Source: Mobula birostris
Taxonomy: Eukaryota
DNA length: 64,000 nucleotides
Direction: 5' to 3'
NCBI RefSeq assembly: GCF_030028105.1
Contig: NC_092383.1
Span: forward strand, 71,533,313 to 71,597,312
The translations under genes were made by a program, and so were the position numbers. This document shows, one piece after another, positions 1 to 13,960 of this stretch. The notes under the pieces were generated by a model. The model was not told the origin of the DNA. It made no database searches and saw only the letters and a program-made list of their open reading frames with translations. Position 1 is the stretch's first letter; each line of letters begins with the position of its first letter.

Positions 1-1324
1 ACTTCCCTACCTGTTTCCCTTACCTTACACAATTTCAAGAGTTCTATGGAATAATATCCATAGAGCGTTTCCCCACCCTAATATTCATTAACAACTCCTG
101 TTTAAACCAGTTAATAACAGAATATTCTATTACAGGTAAACAGAGTAACTTCGTCTTAACACACTGCAAACAAATAGCAATACTTCTGAACACATTGTCC
201 AACAAAATTACACTTTAACTTCAAAAGAGAGTAAAATGGGGCAGTTTGGATTAAAATGACACCCAGGAAAATATTTTAGGTGTTGATTACTTTCTTTTAT
301 TAGCAATGCTCATTGTTGTGCCAGTCCGTTTCCACAGTCAAGCATTCAGAAAGCATTTCAAACAGTTGATAGATCAAGTAGATTATGAAAGAAGATGGTA
401 TCTGTCAAATGCCGTCTTTGGTGCACAGTTCTCTCCACATTAGGAAGCACCATGTCTTCCAACTCTGGGCTTCAGAGTACATTGCAAATGGCATGTGAAT
501 TTTCATCTAACTATTTCATTGCAAGATGAATCACCAGCAGAAGTATACTGTCCGTGCTGAGGAAGCCGGAAATGAAGGGAAACTTCTTTCATGGAATGCT
601 TTTGAGATTTCTGGAATTCCCAATTTCAGACAGTCATGAATACTCAATCACTGAATGCATTGCATCCCGAAATAGCTAAATGTTTACAGTGACATTATGA
701 AATCAGAAGATGATGTCAGGAATGATGGTTTTGAGTGACATGGTTGACCACAGTTACAATGAATGACTCATGGAGCCATATGGTCTACTATTTTCAATGG
801 GTCAGGTGAATACCATTGAATTTGATTTATTGAACTGAAAACTTATCTGCATGTTGTCCTATCTACAAAGTATTTTAAACAGTTTCTGTCATTATTTCTG
901 ATTTTCGGTACTGTTAATTTTTGCATTTGTTGTTCTACAAGTGCTTTTTAACTGAAAATCTTTTCCCTGACATTTATTTTGGAATCTTTGATCAAAATTA
1001 GATCACAGAGCAGAATTTCCTACAATACTTCGATAGTAGCTTGCCATGGTTGTTATGACTTCTGGGAAAAATAGAGCAGAGGATTTTGTGGAGAATCTTG
1101 CGTACATTTTGTAGCAGTCTACATACAAATATTATCAAATATACATGCAAATCTTTTACATCCAATTCATTAAGGTAAAACAAAAATAGTAAAGCTTACC
1201 TTGGTATATTCAGAGTTGTTACGGATTCTGACCATCAATATTACATTTGCAAATTTTGATGTGCCAAGGAACCTGAATGTTTACTCTGTACCAAGATCCT
1301 TATTGCTATCCTGTGTAATATGTA

Positions 1325-1861
1325 CATTCAGTGGCTGCTTTATTAGGTACCTCCTGCACTTAATAGAGGCCACTGCGTGTATGTGCATGGTATTCTGCTG
1401 CTCTGCTATAGCCTATCCACTTCAATGTGTTGTGCATTCAGAGATGCTCTTCTGCACACCACTGTTATAATGTATGTTATTTGAGTTATTGTTACCTTCC
1501 TCTCGACTTGAACCAATCTGGCCATTCTCCTCTGTCCTCTGTCATTAACGAGGCACTTTTGCTCACTGGACTTTTTTAAAATTTTGTTTTTCACGCCATT
1601 TTCAGTAAACTCTAGAGACTGTTGTGCATGAAAATCCAAGAGATCAGCACTTTCTGAGATACTCAAACCACTCCGTCCAGCACCAACAATCATTCCACAG
1701 TCAAAGCCACTTATATCACATTTCTTGCCCATTTTGATGTTTGGCCTGAACAACAACTAAACTTCTTGACTACGTCTACAGGCTTTTCTGCATTGAGTTA
1801 GTGCCACGTGACTGGCTGATTAGATATTTGCATTAATGAGCAGGTGTTTAGCCACTATGTG
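1325..1861 (-). mobile_element. Non-autonomous Tc1-like DNA transposon with transposase N-terminal remnant
   Basis: TA|cattcagtggc ... gccactatgtg|TA termini. The minus ORF 1406-1756 (MGKKCDISGFDCGMIVGAGRSGLSISESADLL) resembles a Tc1 HTH N-terminus. The left end carries a doubled palindromic TIR. Confidence 0.8.
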
Positions 1862-1979
1862 TATATCATACTGGTAAATAGTACTCACTTTAATCAGATG
1901 TACAGTAATTGGGATCTGAAAATTAAGGTTATCACAAAGAAAATTAATTTAGCACAAACAAAAACAAATTTCTCATATA

Positions 1980-3375
1980 AATTTAAATGATTTGATGAAA
2001 ATGTTGGTGCTCTAATAAGCAAGTTTGCAAATGATATGAAAATTAGTGGACTAGCAGATAGCAAGAGAAATTGGCAAAGGATGTACCAGGATATGGATCA
2101 GTTGGAAACTTGGATGGAAAAGTGGTAAATAGATTTATTTTAGACAAGTACAAAGTTGATGACATGACCCTTAGGAGTATTGATATAGAGGGATCTTGTG
2201 TGCAAGTCCATAATTCCTTGAAAGTAGAAACACAAATATAGGCATCAGTTAGTCTCTTGAGACCACAGATTTGCTCCTTGGAAGGTTTCTAGGCTGCAGA
2301 CCTGGGCAAGGTTGTATGGAAGACCAGCAGACTCCCTTCTCCATGCCACCGATGTTGCCCAAGGGAAGGGCACTAAGGCCGATACAGTTTGGCACCGGTG
2401 TCATCGCAGAGCAATGTGTGGTTAAGTGCCTTGCTCAAGGACACAACACACTGCCTCAGCTGAGGCTCGAACTAGCGACCTTCAGATCACTAGACTGATG
2501 CCTTAACCACTTGGCCACGTGCAAACGCAAATAACTAGTTTTGTTAAGAAGATATATGGCATGTTTGCCTTCATTGGTCAGGCCTTGAGTACAAAAGCTG
2601 TGAAGTCATGTTGCAGCTGTTTAATTCTGTGGTTAGGTCACAGATAGGGAATTGTGTGCAGTTCTACTCAGCACACTGCAGGTACGATTTGGAGGCTTTG
2701 GAGAGCATGCAGAGATAAGAGGCATTAATCGTGTGGATAGTCAGAGGCTTTTTCCCAGCGTTGAAATGGTTGCCACAAGAGGACACAGGTTTAAGGTGCT
2801 GGGGAGTAGGTACAGAGGAGATATCAGGGGTATGTTTTTTACTCAGAGAGTGATGAGTGCGTGGAATGGGCTGCTGGCAATGGTGGTGGAGGCAGATAAT
2901 CTAGGGTCTTTTAAGAGACTTTTAGATAGGTACATGGAGCTTAGTAAAATAGGGGGCTATAGGTAAGTCTAGTAATTTCTGAGGTAGGAACATGTTCGGC
3001 ACAACTCTGTGGGCTGAAGGGCCTGTATTGTGCTGTAGATCTATGTTTTCTAAACAGTTCACTAGAATTTGCTTGGATTGGAGTGTATTAGCTAGATGGC
3101 GAGGTTAGATAAACTTGAATTGTTTTCTCTGGAGCGTTGGAGACTGAAGGGTAATCTGTTTACAGTATGCGAAATTATGAGAGGCATAGGTAAAGCAGAT
3201 TGAGTTTTTTCCCCCCCTCGGAGTGGAGATGTCAAATACTGGAGGATGTATGTTTAAGGTGAGAAAGGAGAGGTTTAAAGGAGATGTACAAGGCAAGTTT
3301 TTTTTTACACACAGAATGGTAATTGCTTGGAATGTGTTGCCAGGGAAAATGGTAGATGCAGATATAATAGCAACA
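1980..3375 (+). mobile_element. Decayed CR1 LINE fragments (RT and 3' end), interrupted by a SINE
   Basis: KFANDMKI-like DNA at ~2020. ORF 2652-2966 (TRGHRFKV...FFTQRVMSAWNGL) is a typical CR1 C-terminus, followed by the CR1 3' tail gggctgaagggcctgt. Confidence 0.75.
2243..2522 (-). mobile_element. tRNA-derived SINE
   Basis: Minus strand has an A box (gtggccaagtggttaagg) and a B box (gttcgagcc). Flanked by the imperfect repeat acacaaata/acgcaaata. Confidence 0.7.
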
Positions 3376-3377
3376 GA

Positions 3378-3665
3378 CAGCACGGTAGTGTAGTGGTTAG
3401 CACAACACTTTACAGTACCAACTTCCCAGGTTCAATTCCCGACACTGCTTGTAAGGAGTTTGTATGATTTCCCTGTGACTATATGGGTTTATTCTCAGTG
3501 CTGCAGTTTCTTCCCACAGTCCAAAGACGTACTGGCTGGTAGGTTAATTGGTCAATTTGTCATTTTAAATTGTCTTGTGATTCGGCAAGGTTAAATTGGG
3601 GGATTGCTGGACAGGGATGCTCGAAGGGTTGGAAGGGCCTATTCTGTGCTGCCCCTCAATAAATA
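3378..3665 (+). mobile_element. V-SINE/HE1-like tRNA-derived SINE
   Basis: A box tagtgtagtgg, B box ggttcaattcc, and central domain ggagtttgtatg...cccacagtccaaagacgt...aggttaattgg characteristic of V-SINEs. Confidence 0.7.
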
Positions 3666-3678
3666 CATTCATTTAGGC

Positions 3679-3746
3679 CAGGGATTCCCAAACTTGTTTA
3701 AGCCATGGACCAGATGGATCCGTGGATCCCGGGTGGGCAACCCCAG
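3679..3746. mobile_element. 68-bp hAT MITE
   Basis: TIR-like ends cagggattcccaa / ggcaaccccag. 8-bp TSD atttaggc (3671-3678) / atctaggc (3747-3754). Confidence 0.7.
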
Positions 3747-6094
3747 ATCTAGGCAGACAAACAACCTAGACACAAGGTACAGGAGCCTGAAACTCCACAG
3801 TCAGTGGTTCAGGAACAGCTTCTTATCCTCAGCCATCGGATTTCTGAACAGTTCATGAATTCATGAACATCATCATCATCATTACACCACCTGGCCCAGG
3901 GGTGACCTGTAGGCTAGCAGAGGGAAGGAGACCCTTACACCTCCTTTGGTAGAGACCCATCTCCACCCCGCCACCCATGAGCACACCCTCATTATTCCTT
4001 TACTTTTGCACTGTTTAGTTTTGTAATTTGCACCTTTGCACTTTTCTGCTGCTGCAAAACAACACAGTTCACATCATGTAATTCAGTGCTAATAAATCTG
4101 ATTCTGAACGGGATCAAATGCAAGCAGATTCAATTAGTTCATATTGGCATTTGGTCAGCATACAGATGGTAGGCTGTAGGACCTTTCTGTGTGTAGTGAT
4201 ACTCTATGTTCACAACTATACATATATATATAAATCAATTTTGTCAGGTGAAGCAATTCAGTAATAATATCAATCTGTAATAATTCCTTGCAAGTGGAAC
4301 AAATTTTTAATGATTGAAAAATGTGCACATTAGTCATGAAACCTGGATCATGTGTGTTTTTCCATAGTAACTGTACGCAATCTTGAAAGGTACAAGTGGC
4401 ACGGAAATATGTGGCTCACCTCCACCCATGTTCTTAATGACAACTGTGCCTCAATACATGGTAATTGATGTCACCGTTCTGCATATAGTGACAGCCATGT
4501 GTAGATGCATCAACATGACAGCAGGTGCAAGTCAATTCCCTATTGAGTGGCGGGTATGTACTGAAATGTTGATCAATTTTGCGTTACCGATTTTTGCAAT
4601 CGAATTCCTGTGTCAATGCCTCCAACATCCTTGCATTTTAAAAGACTTCAATGTGCATCTTATTATCAGACCTGGTCGTCTTCGGCTCATGTGATTCTTT
4701 ATTTTCCTGATGTGAACAGGTGTGTGTATTTGTATGCTACCTGAGAAAGAAAGTCATAAAAGATGTTTAGTGTGTGTTCTGAAGAGGCTGCTCCCTTCTA
4801 TTATACACAGTAACTCATGAAGCCATCAGTGGATTTAGTCAAATTGAGCAGTAGATCTTACACATCAACGCAACATGTTCCAGCTTCCTCACTGACTTTA
4901 ATGTCATAAAGACATCAAGAGACTTCCTTGTTGGTGATATTAGCTCATCATTTAACTTGCAAAATTAAATTAAAAACAAATGAATAAAATGCTGTTACCT
5001 AAATCTCTTACTGGATTGCTGGAAGGGTTTATTTTAAAGGATTTTATCTTTTGATTTGTGAAGTCAGGTTAGCATGTTTGAACTCTTTTCATTTGTATGC
5101 TCATACAACATTCTTCCTTCTGATCTATTAAACAAATATGAATGTCCAGCAAGTAAGGTTGTTAGTGCCTGCCTAGAAGTAGGTTATATTGGTGATATGA
5201 AACCACCAAATACTTAGTGCTTAACCTGGCCCCAAATATTCTTAATAAATCAAGTGCTTCCAATTGTTAAAATCCAGATTCAATCTGAATAAATCATGAA
5301 GCTTTTGTGTAGTCTGTTATGCAGATACTGGAAAAATATTCACCATGTAGGAACTGATGATATTTTAAATTCCACAGCATTGTTTTCTGTGTAAATCAGG
5401 CATTGGCAGCAGAACAGTCTGTTGTATGGAGTCTGAGCTTGAAGTCATGGTAGCCTTTCTTGTACAGAATCAAGGCATTTTTTTTCTCTCTAGTTGCCTA
5501 TTCCATGAATTATGACTTTTGCATAAATTTTACTGTGTGAACCTCTACTTTATCATAATTTTCTTGTCAAGTTAGTCAAATATAAATTTTATCAACTCTC
5601 AGCCAAAGGAAAATATTGCCAGAATTTGCATTAAATTGCAGAAGCAAGTCACTATGAAAAAAAAGCAATGTGCTTGTTAAACTGTGCTTTATTAAAAAAA
5701 TCAATCATATCCCTTCCAATAGCTTTAAGAATTTAACTTAACAATTAGATGACCCATAGAGGTAAATCTAAGCCCAGACCTATTTCTGGATTCCATCTTT
5801 TGATCATCTATCTATGTGCTATGATGTCTGATTTCATCTGATAAAGTGAGGCTAGACGTTTTGTAGTGTTGTAGGAGTTTTATATGTTGTTGCTGTAATA
5901 GTTGATGTAGGCCATGATGATAAACCCTGGCTGGCCTTATGTTTAGCAGATTTCAGATAGATGTGCCTTTGTCTTCGAGAGTTTGATTTAGCCCTGTAAA
6001 CAAGAAAACTGTGGGGTTTGGTAACTAATTAAGGCTGATGTGCTTCAGTCTCATCTGATGACAGATTTGGCTTAATTTTGATTCAGTCTGTTGA

Positions 6095-6290
6095 ATCACA
6101 AACAAGAAACTGAAGGAACTCAGCAGTTCAGGCAAAATCTATAGAGGGAATAAACGGATGATGTTTCAGGCAAAGACCCTTCCTCAAGGCTGGGCTAATC
6201 CTCTCTGTAGATGCTTCCTGAACTGCTGAGTTCCTCCAACATTTTGTGTGTGTTGCTCTGGATTTGCAGAATCTGAGAAGTCTCTTGTGA
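6095..6290. mobile_element. Short palindromic Penelope pseudo-LTR end derivative
   Basis: ggaactcagcagttcagg...atctatagaggg is inverted relative to cctctctgtagat...cctgaactgctgagttcc. Degenerate hammerhead motif at ~6160-6190. Confidence 0.6.
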
Positions 6291-8341
6291 TGGTGCCCAG
6301 GGGGCCAAATTACAAATTTGTCTGAAGTATCAGAGGGTGTTCAACTTGTGAAGAATTGCAGGAAAGTCTTTATAAGAAAGGATGTACCCAAAGGAGAATG
6401 AGTGCAGGAAAACCATCAGTGGGGAAAAACCTCTTTCTACTTGAAGCTTTGTTAATGTCATTTCACTCTGTCTTGTTTGTGACATCAGAGAAGATTCCAT
6501 TGCTGACACTAGATTGCATATTGTTGACTTTGCAATGCAGGGGTTACTGATCCACTTGGAATTTTGTGTGTAAATCACACTAGATTAAACTACTAGGTAC
6601 AGAGAACTGGTTGTTTGCAAAATGGCAAATTAGGGATAGAAGGCCTTGTGTAGTTGGCCACATTGATGTGGTGAATGCAGTGTTATGTTTTGTAACTTCA
6701 AAACTTTAAGCTTATTCAAAGAAACTCATGGGAGTCTGATAATACAGATGAAAGTTTGAGTTTACTTCAAGCGAGGTGCACACGAATCACATGGTAGCAG
6801 GATAATGTTTGCAATTAACTTATTTTGTTTTACATATAACCCATAATTAATTGAATAAGAATTCTTTATCAGCAAATATGTATACAAGATTACTCAAGTA
6901 TTATTGAAATACAAAATACACAACATGCTGCAGAATAAAATATGGGGAAACATTAACAAGAAGACCCCACCCCCATGCACCCCTCAAGTTACACCATAAA
7001 AGTTGATAATGGGGAGATGATAAGGACATGAAGGCTAAGTAGGTGGGAGATACAAAAGTTGGAATGGTCTTGCCTCTCCCCAGAATATCAAGGCAGTGCA
7101 GATGTCTTCTGCGTCTGATGATGAGCAGTGAGTATGGAGGCCAAAATTTCCAGGGAGAAGATCATTGAGAATTGCCAACTGATGCAAGCAGAGCTGTGAC
7201 TGAGCAATCCTCCCTATGGCCACTAAGAACTCTGTTGCCTTCCATTCTTTGCTCTGGGACACTTTTAGATTTTTAGGGGTATGTTCACTACAGATCCCGA
7301 CTTGTGTCGAGAAAGCAAACCATCACCACTTTCTCAACAATGTTTAAGCATGACTCTAAAGCAAATACTTGACAATTTCTCTTCAAGTCAAGATCGTACA
7401 AACATGAAACAATGATCTCTAATGAAGAAAAGCTATATAAGGTAGATTTGTAAAACTGGTAAATCGCTTTCTTGTTTTCACGTGTACTGAGGCACAGTGA
7501 ACAACTTTGTTTTGCATGCCATCTATACAGATGATTCCATTGCAATAGTCTATAGGGTAGTGCAAGGGAAAAGCAATAACAATGCAGAATAAAGTGTTAC
7601 AGTGAGAGTGAAAGTACACGGCAGGCAGACAACAAGATGATTCACAGACTTGTAGAATTCAGATTTGACAGAGTACGATTCTAATAGACGTAATGAGTAG
7701 ATTTTCAGAGATCAGCGTGCAATGCGTCACCATTCTGCCACGACATTTATCTACTGAAGTATAGAAGAATGAGAGGAGACTAATTTGATTGCAATTTGCA
7801 AGGAGCAATTTGTAACGTTTTGTCTTGTGGAAGAACTTATAGTTAAGGTGACTCATTTGAGATAGAATTAAAGTGATTTTTGTTTTCCTCTAAGAGTCAT
7901 GAGGCTGTGACCCCTCTTCCCAAAAGAGTGGCAGAGACTGTCTTTATGTGTTTTTAAGGCAAATATAGATAAACTTTTGATAAGCAAAAGGGTGCAAGGT
8001 TATCACGGATAGACAGGAATTTACAGTAGAGAAGGTTGCACTCCAATCAGTTATCATCTTAATAATGATGAAGCAAGCTTGAAAACAGAATATTCCAATT
8101 GAATAGTCCATGCAAACCCTTGGCACAGCATTAATACTGATGTTCAGCACGTTTTTGTCAGTGTTCACTCCGTGAGGCAGCCAAGCTGCTAGAAAGAAGC
8201 CTGCTCACTAGAATGGAGGGAACTGCAATAGACTATACAACCCTTGGGACCGCATCGTCGCTGTGAACTACCGAGTATCTGCTGGCAACAAACAACCTCC
8301 TGCAGGGATTCAATGGGCCAAGCAGCAAGTGTAATTAGCTG

Positions 8342-8770
8342 CACACACAAAGTGCTGGAGGAGCTCCGCAAGCCAGGCGACATCTAGGGAAAAGAGTAAA
8401 CAGTCAACATTTCAGGCCAAGACCCTTCATCAAGATTGGGGAAAAAAGATGAGAAGCCAGAGCAAGAAGGTGGGGGAAGGGGAGGAAGAAGTGCAAGGTG
8501 GCAGGTGGTAAGTGAAAGTGGGACCGGGGAGAGGTGAAGTAAAGAGCTGGGAAGCTGATTGGTCAAAGAGATAGAGGGCTGGAGAAGGAGGAATCTGATA
8601 GGAAAGGGTAGCAGACCACAGAAGTAAATGCAGGGGGAGGAGCACCAGAGGGAGGTGATGGGCAGGTAAGGAGATACGGTGAGAGAGGGAAACAGGAATG
8701 GTGAAGGGGAAGGGGCAATTACCAGAAATTCAAGAAATCAATGCTACTGCCATGGGGTTGGAGGCTACCG
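8342..8770 (-). mobile_element. Penelope pseudo-LTR (inverted relative to downstream body)
   Basis: Matches the pLTR copies at 12720-13166, 31002-31590 and 58360-58760 in reverse orientation. Confidence 0.75.
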
Positions 8771-8939
8771 ATGTTTTTGTCAGTGTTTCTTTCATTGTAA
8801 CAGCCAAGCTGCTGGAAGTCTGCTCACTTGAATGAAGGAAACTGCAAAAGACTTCAGAGTCTGGCCTCCTTTGGGACTGCACATTCACTGTGAACTGCCA
8901 AATCTCTGCTGAAAGCAAACAACCGCTGCAGGAATTCAG

Positions 8940-10440
8940 TGTCTTCACAATTCTCTCTGGCCTTCCCCTCTCTGAAGGAGAGCGTTCAGTCCTCAGTAAG
9001 GTCCTCACCTTTGTCCCCTGCACCCACATCACAGTGAGTTCTGTACCCGCCATGATGCTGAGCTCTTCTTTCGTTGCCTCTGTCTCTGTGCCTACTTCTT
9101 TGGCAAAGACTCTCCAGCCTGCACCGATAACCACTTCTCCTCCTCTTCCTGGACACCCTGCTCCGGTGTTCTGCCTGCTCTGGATCTTTTCATTGCCAAC
9201 TGCCAATGAAACATCAACCGTCTCACTTTACCAGTCCTCTCTCCAATTCTATCCTTACTCCTTCTGAATGCATTACTCTCCAGTCTCTCTGCACTAAACC
9301 TAACCTCACCATCAAAACCCACAAATAAGTGGGGTGCTGTGGTAGTCTGGCGGATTGTCTTTCCATGTACAGGTGCTAACTCTCAGACACCTCCTCTTAC
9401 TTAACCCACTAAGGAGCACCAGGCCATTGTCACTGCCACCATCACTCCATCACTGACCTTATTAACTCTGAGGATCTCCCAACATGGCCAACAACCTCAT
9501 AGTTCCCTTATCCCACACCTCCCATTTCTACCTCCTACCCAAGTTCCACAAACCTGCCTGTCCTTTCTTACTTCACAGTCTCTGGATCTTTTCAATGATG
9601 TCAAGTTTCTTGGCCGCGATCATCTCATTTTCACCATGGATGTTCAGTCCCTGTACACCTCCATCTCCCATCTCTCCACTTCTCTCTAGACAACAGACCC
9701 ACCCAGATCCCCTCCACCACCACTCTCCTCTGTCTGGCAGAACTGGTCCTCGCTCTCAATAATTTCTCCTTCGGCTCCTCCCACTTCCTTCAAGCCAAAG
9801 GTGGAGCCATGGGCACTCGCATGGGTCCCAGCTATGGCTGTCTTTTTGTCGGCTCAGTGGAACAGTCTATGTTCCAAGCCTACACTGGTATCACTCCCCA
9901 AGTTTCCCTACACTATACTGCGACTGCATTGGTGCTGCTTCCTGCATCCATGCTGGGCTTGTTGACTTCATTAACTTTCCCTCCAATTTCCACCACACCC
10001 TTAAATTTGCCTGGTCCATTTCCAACAGCATGCGTGCGTGCGAGAGAGAGAGTTTATAAACTGATATTTTTTATAAACCCACTGATTCCCACAGCTACCT
10101 GGACTATACCTCTTCCCACCCTGTCACTTGTGAAAATGACATCCCATTCTCTCAGTTTCTCTGTCTCTGCCTCATCTGCTCTCAGAATGAAACTTTCCAT
10201 TCCAGCACTAATGAGATGTCCTCCTCCTTCAAAGAAAGGGACTTTCCTTCCCCCACTATCAACACTGCCCTCACCTGCATCTCTTCCATTTTGTACAGCT
10301 GCCCTTAACCCATCCTCTTGCCACCCCACCAGGAATGGTCTTCCTCTTGTCCTCACCTACCACCCCACTAGCCTCGACATCCAGCACATCTCCATCGAGA
10401 TCCCAACACCAAGCACATCTTCTCCCGTCCCCACCTTCTT
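8940..10440 (+). mobile_element. Penelope-like element, degenerate RT region
   Basis: Frameshifted motifs VFTI..LPLSEGERSVLSK.LTFVP, FYLLPKFHKP, MGTRMGPSYGCLFVG, LPLVLTYHPT. Continues at 12546 after a LINE insertion. Confidence 0.8.
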
Positions 10441-12545
10441 AGTTTACTTTACTTTATTGTTGACAAACAATTGATACTAGAATGTACAATCATCACAGCA
10501 ATATTTGATTCTGCGCTTCCTGCTCCCTGGACTACAAATATTAAATATTAAAAATATTAAAAGTAGTAAAAATTAGTAAACATTAAAAAATTAAATTATA
10601 AATCATAAATAGAAAATAGAAAAATGGAACGTAAGGTAGTGCAAAAAAACCGAGAGGCAGGTCCGGATATTTGGAGGGTACAGCCCAGATCCGGGTCAGG
10701 ATCCGTTCAGCAGTCTTATTACAGTTGGAAAGAAGCTGTTCCCAAATCTGGCCGTACGAGTCTTCAAGCTCCTGAACCTTCTCCTGGAGGGAAGAGGGAC
10801 GAAAAGTGTGTTGGCTGGATGGGTCGTGTCCTTGATTATCCTGGCAGCGCTGCTCCGACAGCATGCGGTGTAAAGTGAGTCTAAGGATGGAAGATTGGTT
10901 TGTGTGATGTGCTGCGCCGTGTTCACGATCTTCTGCAGCTTCTTTCGGTCTTGGACAGGACAACTTCCATACCAGGTTGTGATGCACCCCAGAAGAATGC
11001 TTTCTACAGTGCATCTATAAAAATTAGTGAGGGTTTTAGGGGACAGGCCAAATTTCTTTAGTTTTCTCAGGAAGTAAAGGCGCTGGTGGGCCTTCATGAC
11101 AGTGGACTCTGCTTGGTTGGACCAGGTCAGGTCATTTGTGATATTGACCCCGAGGAACTTAAAGCTTTTGACCTGTTCCACTTGCGCACCACCAATGTAA
11201 ATTGGGTCGTGCGGTCCACTACTCCTTCTGAAGTCAACAACCAATTCCTTCGTCTTATTGACGTTGAGGGAAAGGTTATTGTCTTCGCACCATGCCACCA
11301 GGTTCTTAATTTCCTTTCTGTACTCAAACTCATCATTACCCGAGATACGGCCTACAATCGTTGTGTCATTAGCAAACTTATATATTGAGTTTGATGGAAA
11401 CTTGGCTACACAATCATGGATGTACAGTGAGTACAGCAGGGGGCTGAGTACACAGCCTTGTGGGGCACCGGTGCTCAGAGTGATTGTAGAGGAGAGCTTG
11501 TCCCCTATTTTTACAGCCTGGGTCCTGTCTGTGAGGAAGTTGAAGATCCAGCTGCAGATCTGAGTGCTAAGGCCCAGGTTCCGGAGCTTAGGAATCAGTT
11601 TATTTGGAATGATGGTATTAAAGGCAGAGTTGTAGTCAATGAAAAGGAGCCTTATGTATGCATCTTTATTCTCCAGGTGTTCTAAGGAGGAATGTAGGGC
11701 CAGAGAGATGGCATCTGCCGTTGACCTGTTGCTCCAGTAGACGAATTGCAAAGTGTCGAGGTTGACCGGTAGGCTGTGGTTGATGTGTGCCATAACCAAT
11801 CTCTCGAAGAACTTCATAGCAATTGATATCAGAGCCACAGGTCGATAGTCATTCAGGCATGCCACCTTGCTCTTCTTTGGCACTGAGATTATCGTTGCCT
11901 TCTTAAAACACGAGGGGATCTTAGACTGAAGCAAGGAGCAGTTGAAGATGTCAGCAAACACTCCAGCTAGCTCGCTTGCACAGGCCCGGAGAACCCATCT
12001 TGGGATGGCATCTGGGCCCGTCGCCTTCCCTGGATTTATCTTCAGGAAGGCCCTTCTAACATCCTCCTCAGTGATGATGAATCTCGATGCCACCAGGTCC
12101 GGTTCATCCGGAGGGAGCTCCTCTTCTGTTCGAATCTTGTGTAGAATTCGTTAAGTTCATCAGGAAGAGAAGCGCCACAGTTATTGATATTCCCAGCCTT
12201 TTCTTTGTGCCCAGTGATCTCATTTAGACCCTGCCATAGTCTACTGGCATCCCTCTGGTTAGCCTGGGCTTCTAACTTGGCTTGATATTGCCTCTTGGCA
12301 CCCTTAATGGCTTTCCGGATTCATGCCTGGATTCCGTGTGGCGACTGGTATCCCCGGACCTAAAAGCTGCAGCTCTAGCCTTTAAAAGGGACTTGACCTC
12401 ATAATTCATCCAAGGTTTCCAGTTAGGGAATACCCGGATCGTCTTGCGAGACACACAGTCCTCCATGCATTTCCAAATAAAGTCCATGACAGCTGAGGCA
12501 TACTCATCGAGGTTAGCTGCTGAGTCCTTGAATACTAACCAGTCT
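10441..12545 (-). mobile_element. 5'-truncated Rex1/Babar-clade LINE inserted in Penelope
   Basis: 465-aa RT ORF 10696-12093 plus upstream fragment. The 3' end is aataaagtaagtaaact. Penelope sequence resumes on both sides. Confidence 0.85.
10696..12093 (-). CDS. Non-LTR reverse transcriptase (Rex/Babar-like), catalytic motif altered (KFAND)
   Basis: [73 protein letters not shown]. Confidence 0.85.
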   Translation of the reverse strand: MASRFIITEEDVRRAFLKINPGKATGPDAIPRWVLRACASELAGVFADIFNCSLLQSKIPSCFKKATIISVPKKSKVACLNDYRPVALISIAMKFFERLVMAHINHSLPVNLDTLQFVYWSNRSTADAISLALHSSLEHLENKDAYIRLLFIDYNSAFNTIIPNKLIPKLRNLGLSTQICSWIFNFLTDRTQAVKIGDKLSSTITLSTGAPQGCVLSPLLYSLYIHDCVAKFPSNSIYKFANDTTIVGRISGNDEFEYRKEIKNLVAWCEDNNLSLNVNKTKELVVDFRRSSGPHDPIYIGGAQVEQVKSFKFLGVNITNDLTWSNQAESTVMKAHQRLYFLRKLKKFGLSPKTLTNFYRCTVESILLGCITTWYGSCPVQDRKKLQKIVNTAQHITQTNLPSLDSLYTACCRSSAARIIKDTTHPANTLFVPLPSRRRFRSLKTRTARFGNSFFPTVIRLLNGS

Positions 12546-13166
12546 GCTTTCCTACGCAACTCCCTTGTCAATACCTATGCTCTGACTTCCAGAAAAAGCA
12601 GGAATTCCCAGTGGCCATCCATTTCAATTCTACTTCCTATTCCCGTTCTGACATGTCAGTCCATGGCCTCCTCTACTGCTACAATGAGGCCACACTCAGG
12701 TTGGAGGAGCAACACCTTGTATTCCATCCAAGTAGCTTCCAACCTGATGGTGTGAACATCGATTTCTCAAACTTCTGGTAATTGTGCCCCCTCTCCTTCA
12801 CCTTATCTCGTTACCTGCCCATCACCTCCCTCTGATGTTTCTCCCCCTTCCCTTTATTCCATGGGCTTTTGTCCTGTCCTATCAGATTCCGCCTTTTCCT
12901 GCCCTTTATCTCTTTGACCCATCATCTTCCCAGTTCTTCACCCCTCCCCTATCCCGGTTTCACATATCACCCACCACCTTGAATAACTTTCTCCCCTCTC
13001 CCATCTTCTTGCTCAGGCCTTTCATCCTTTTTCCCCAGTTCTGATGAAGGGTCTCGGCCCAACACATCTTCTGTTGCTCTTTTCCATAGATACTGCTTGG
13101 TGTGCTAGGTTCCTCCAGCATTTTGTGCATGTTGCTTGGATTTCCAGTATCTGCAGATTTTCTCAT
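12546..13166 (+). mobile_element. Penelope 3' part (GIY-YIG remnant plus pseudo-LTR)
   Basis: cacactcaggttggaggagcaacacc...aacatcgatttctc and ctgatgaagggtctcggccc, followed by the pLTR end gttcctccagcattttgtg...tctgcagattttctc. Confidence 0.8.
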
Positions 13167-13905
13167 GACTGCAATCAGCTAGATGTTTCTGCTAGTTGGC
13201 TGGCAGGCAACACCAAGAGGAATAGCGGTAGGATCATAAATACCTTCCTGAGAGGAAGTAACCACTGATAACTCCCCCAAAGCGGTCTTAGAAATCTGTT
13301 GGTGGGATGCCATGATACTCCCAAAACCCTGATGGTTTCCAAAACTACATTGGGATAAAGGTCTGTGAGAAGTGGGATATGGATCACCATCATCTTCAAT
13401 GATTCTACTGGCCTGGGACTCTGTGGCAACCAAAACCAATTATTGGCAGCTATTCTCACAGAGTGTTGAACCAATGGACACAATCCTGTGACATTCTCTC
13501 TGGGGGGGAAAAAGGGAAAAAGAAGTGTTTTGGCATGATGCAATGCATTTCGGTCAAAAAAAGAAAGGAAAATGTTGGGAATATGATCAACTGGTCAGCC
13601 AGCATCTGTGGAAGGAGAAACATTGTTAACATTTAAGCTGAAGATCCTTCTAGGAACTAGGAATAAGAGAATAATAAGTTAATTTAAAGTTGTAGCAAAG
13701 GTGGGTGTGAGTGGATAGGACAAAGCAAATATCTGTGTTAGGGTGAAGCTGTAGTTGCCGTGGAGATAAGTTGTGGAATTTCTGCAGTGAGATCAATTAA
13801 TGGAAACAGTTGGAGGGTATTAATACAGACAAAAAAAGCATAATATGTTGCAAATGACAGGATAGTGGAATGTGCCCAGAGATACCAGGCTGTGGTAATC
13901 GAGAC

Positions 13906-13906
<1 letters not shown>

Positions 13907-13956
<50 letters not shown>
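13907..13956. repeat. (TG)n microsatellite
   Basis: About 25 uninterrupted TG units. Confidence 0.95.

Positions 13957-13960
<4 letters not shown>

Noticed and set aside
535-590. TVRAEEAG-like stretch resembling the preceding copine exon (..ILSAEEL..)
   Set aside because: Poor overall match and no convincing splice sites. The upstream exon is probably outside the window.
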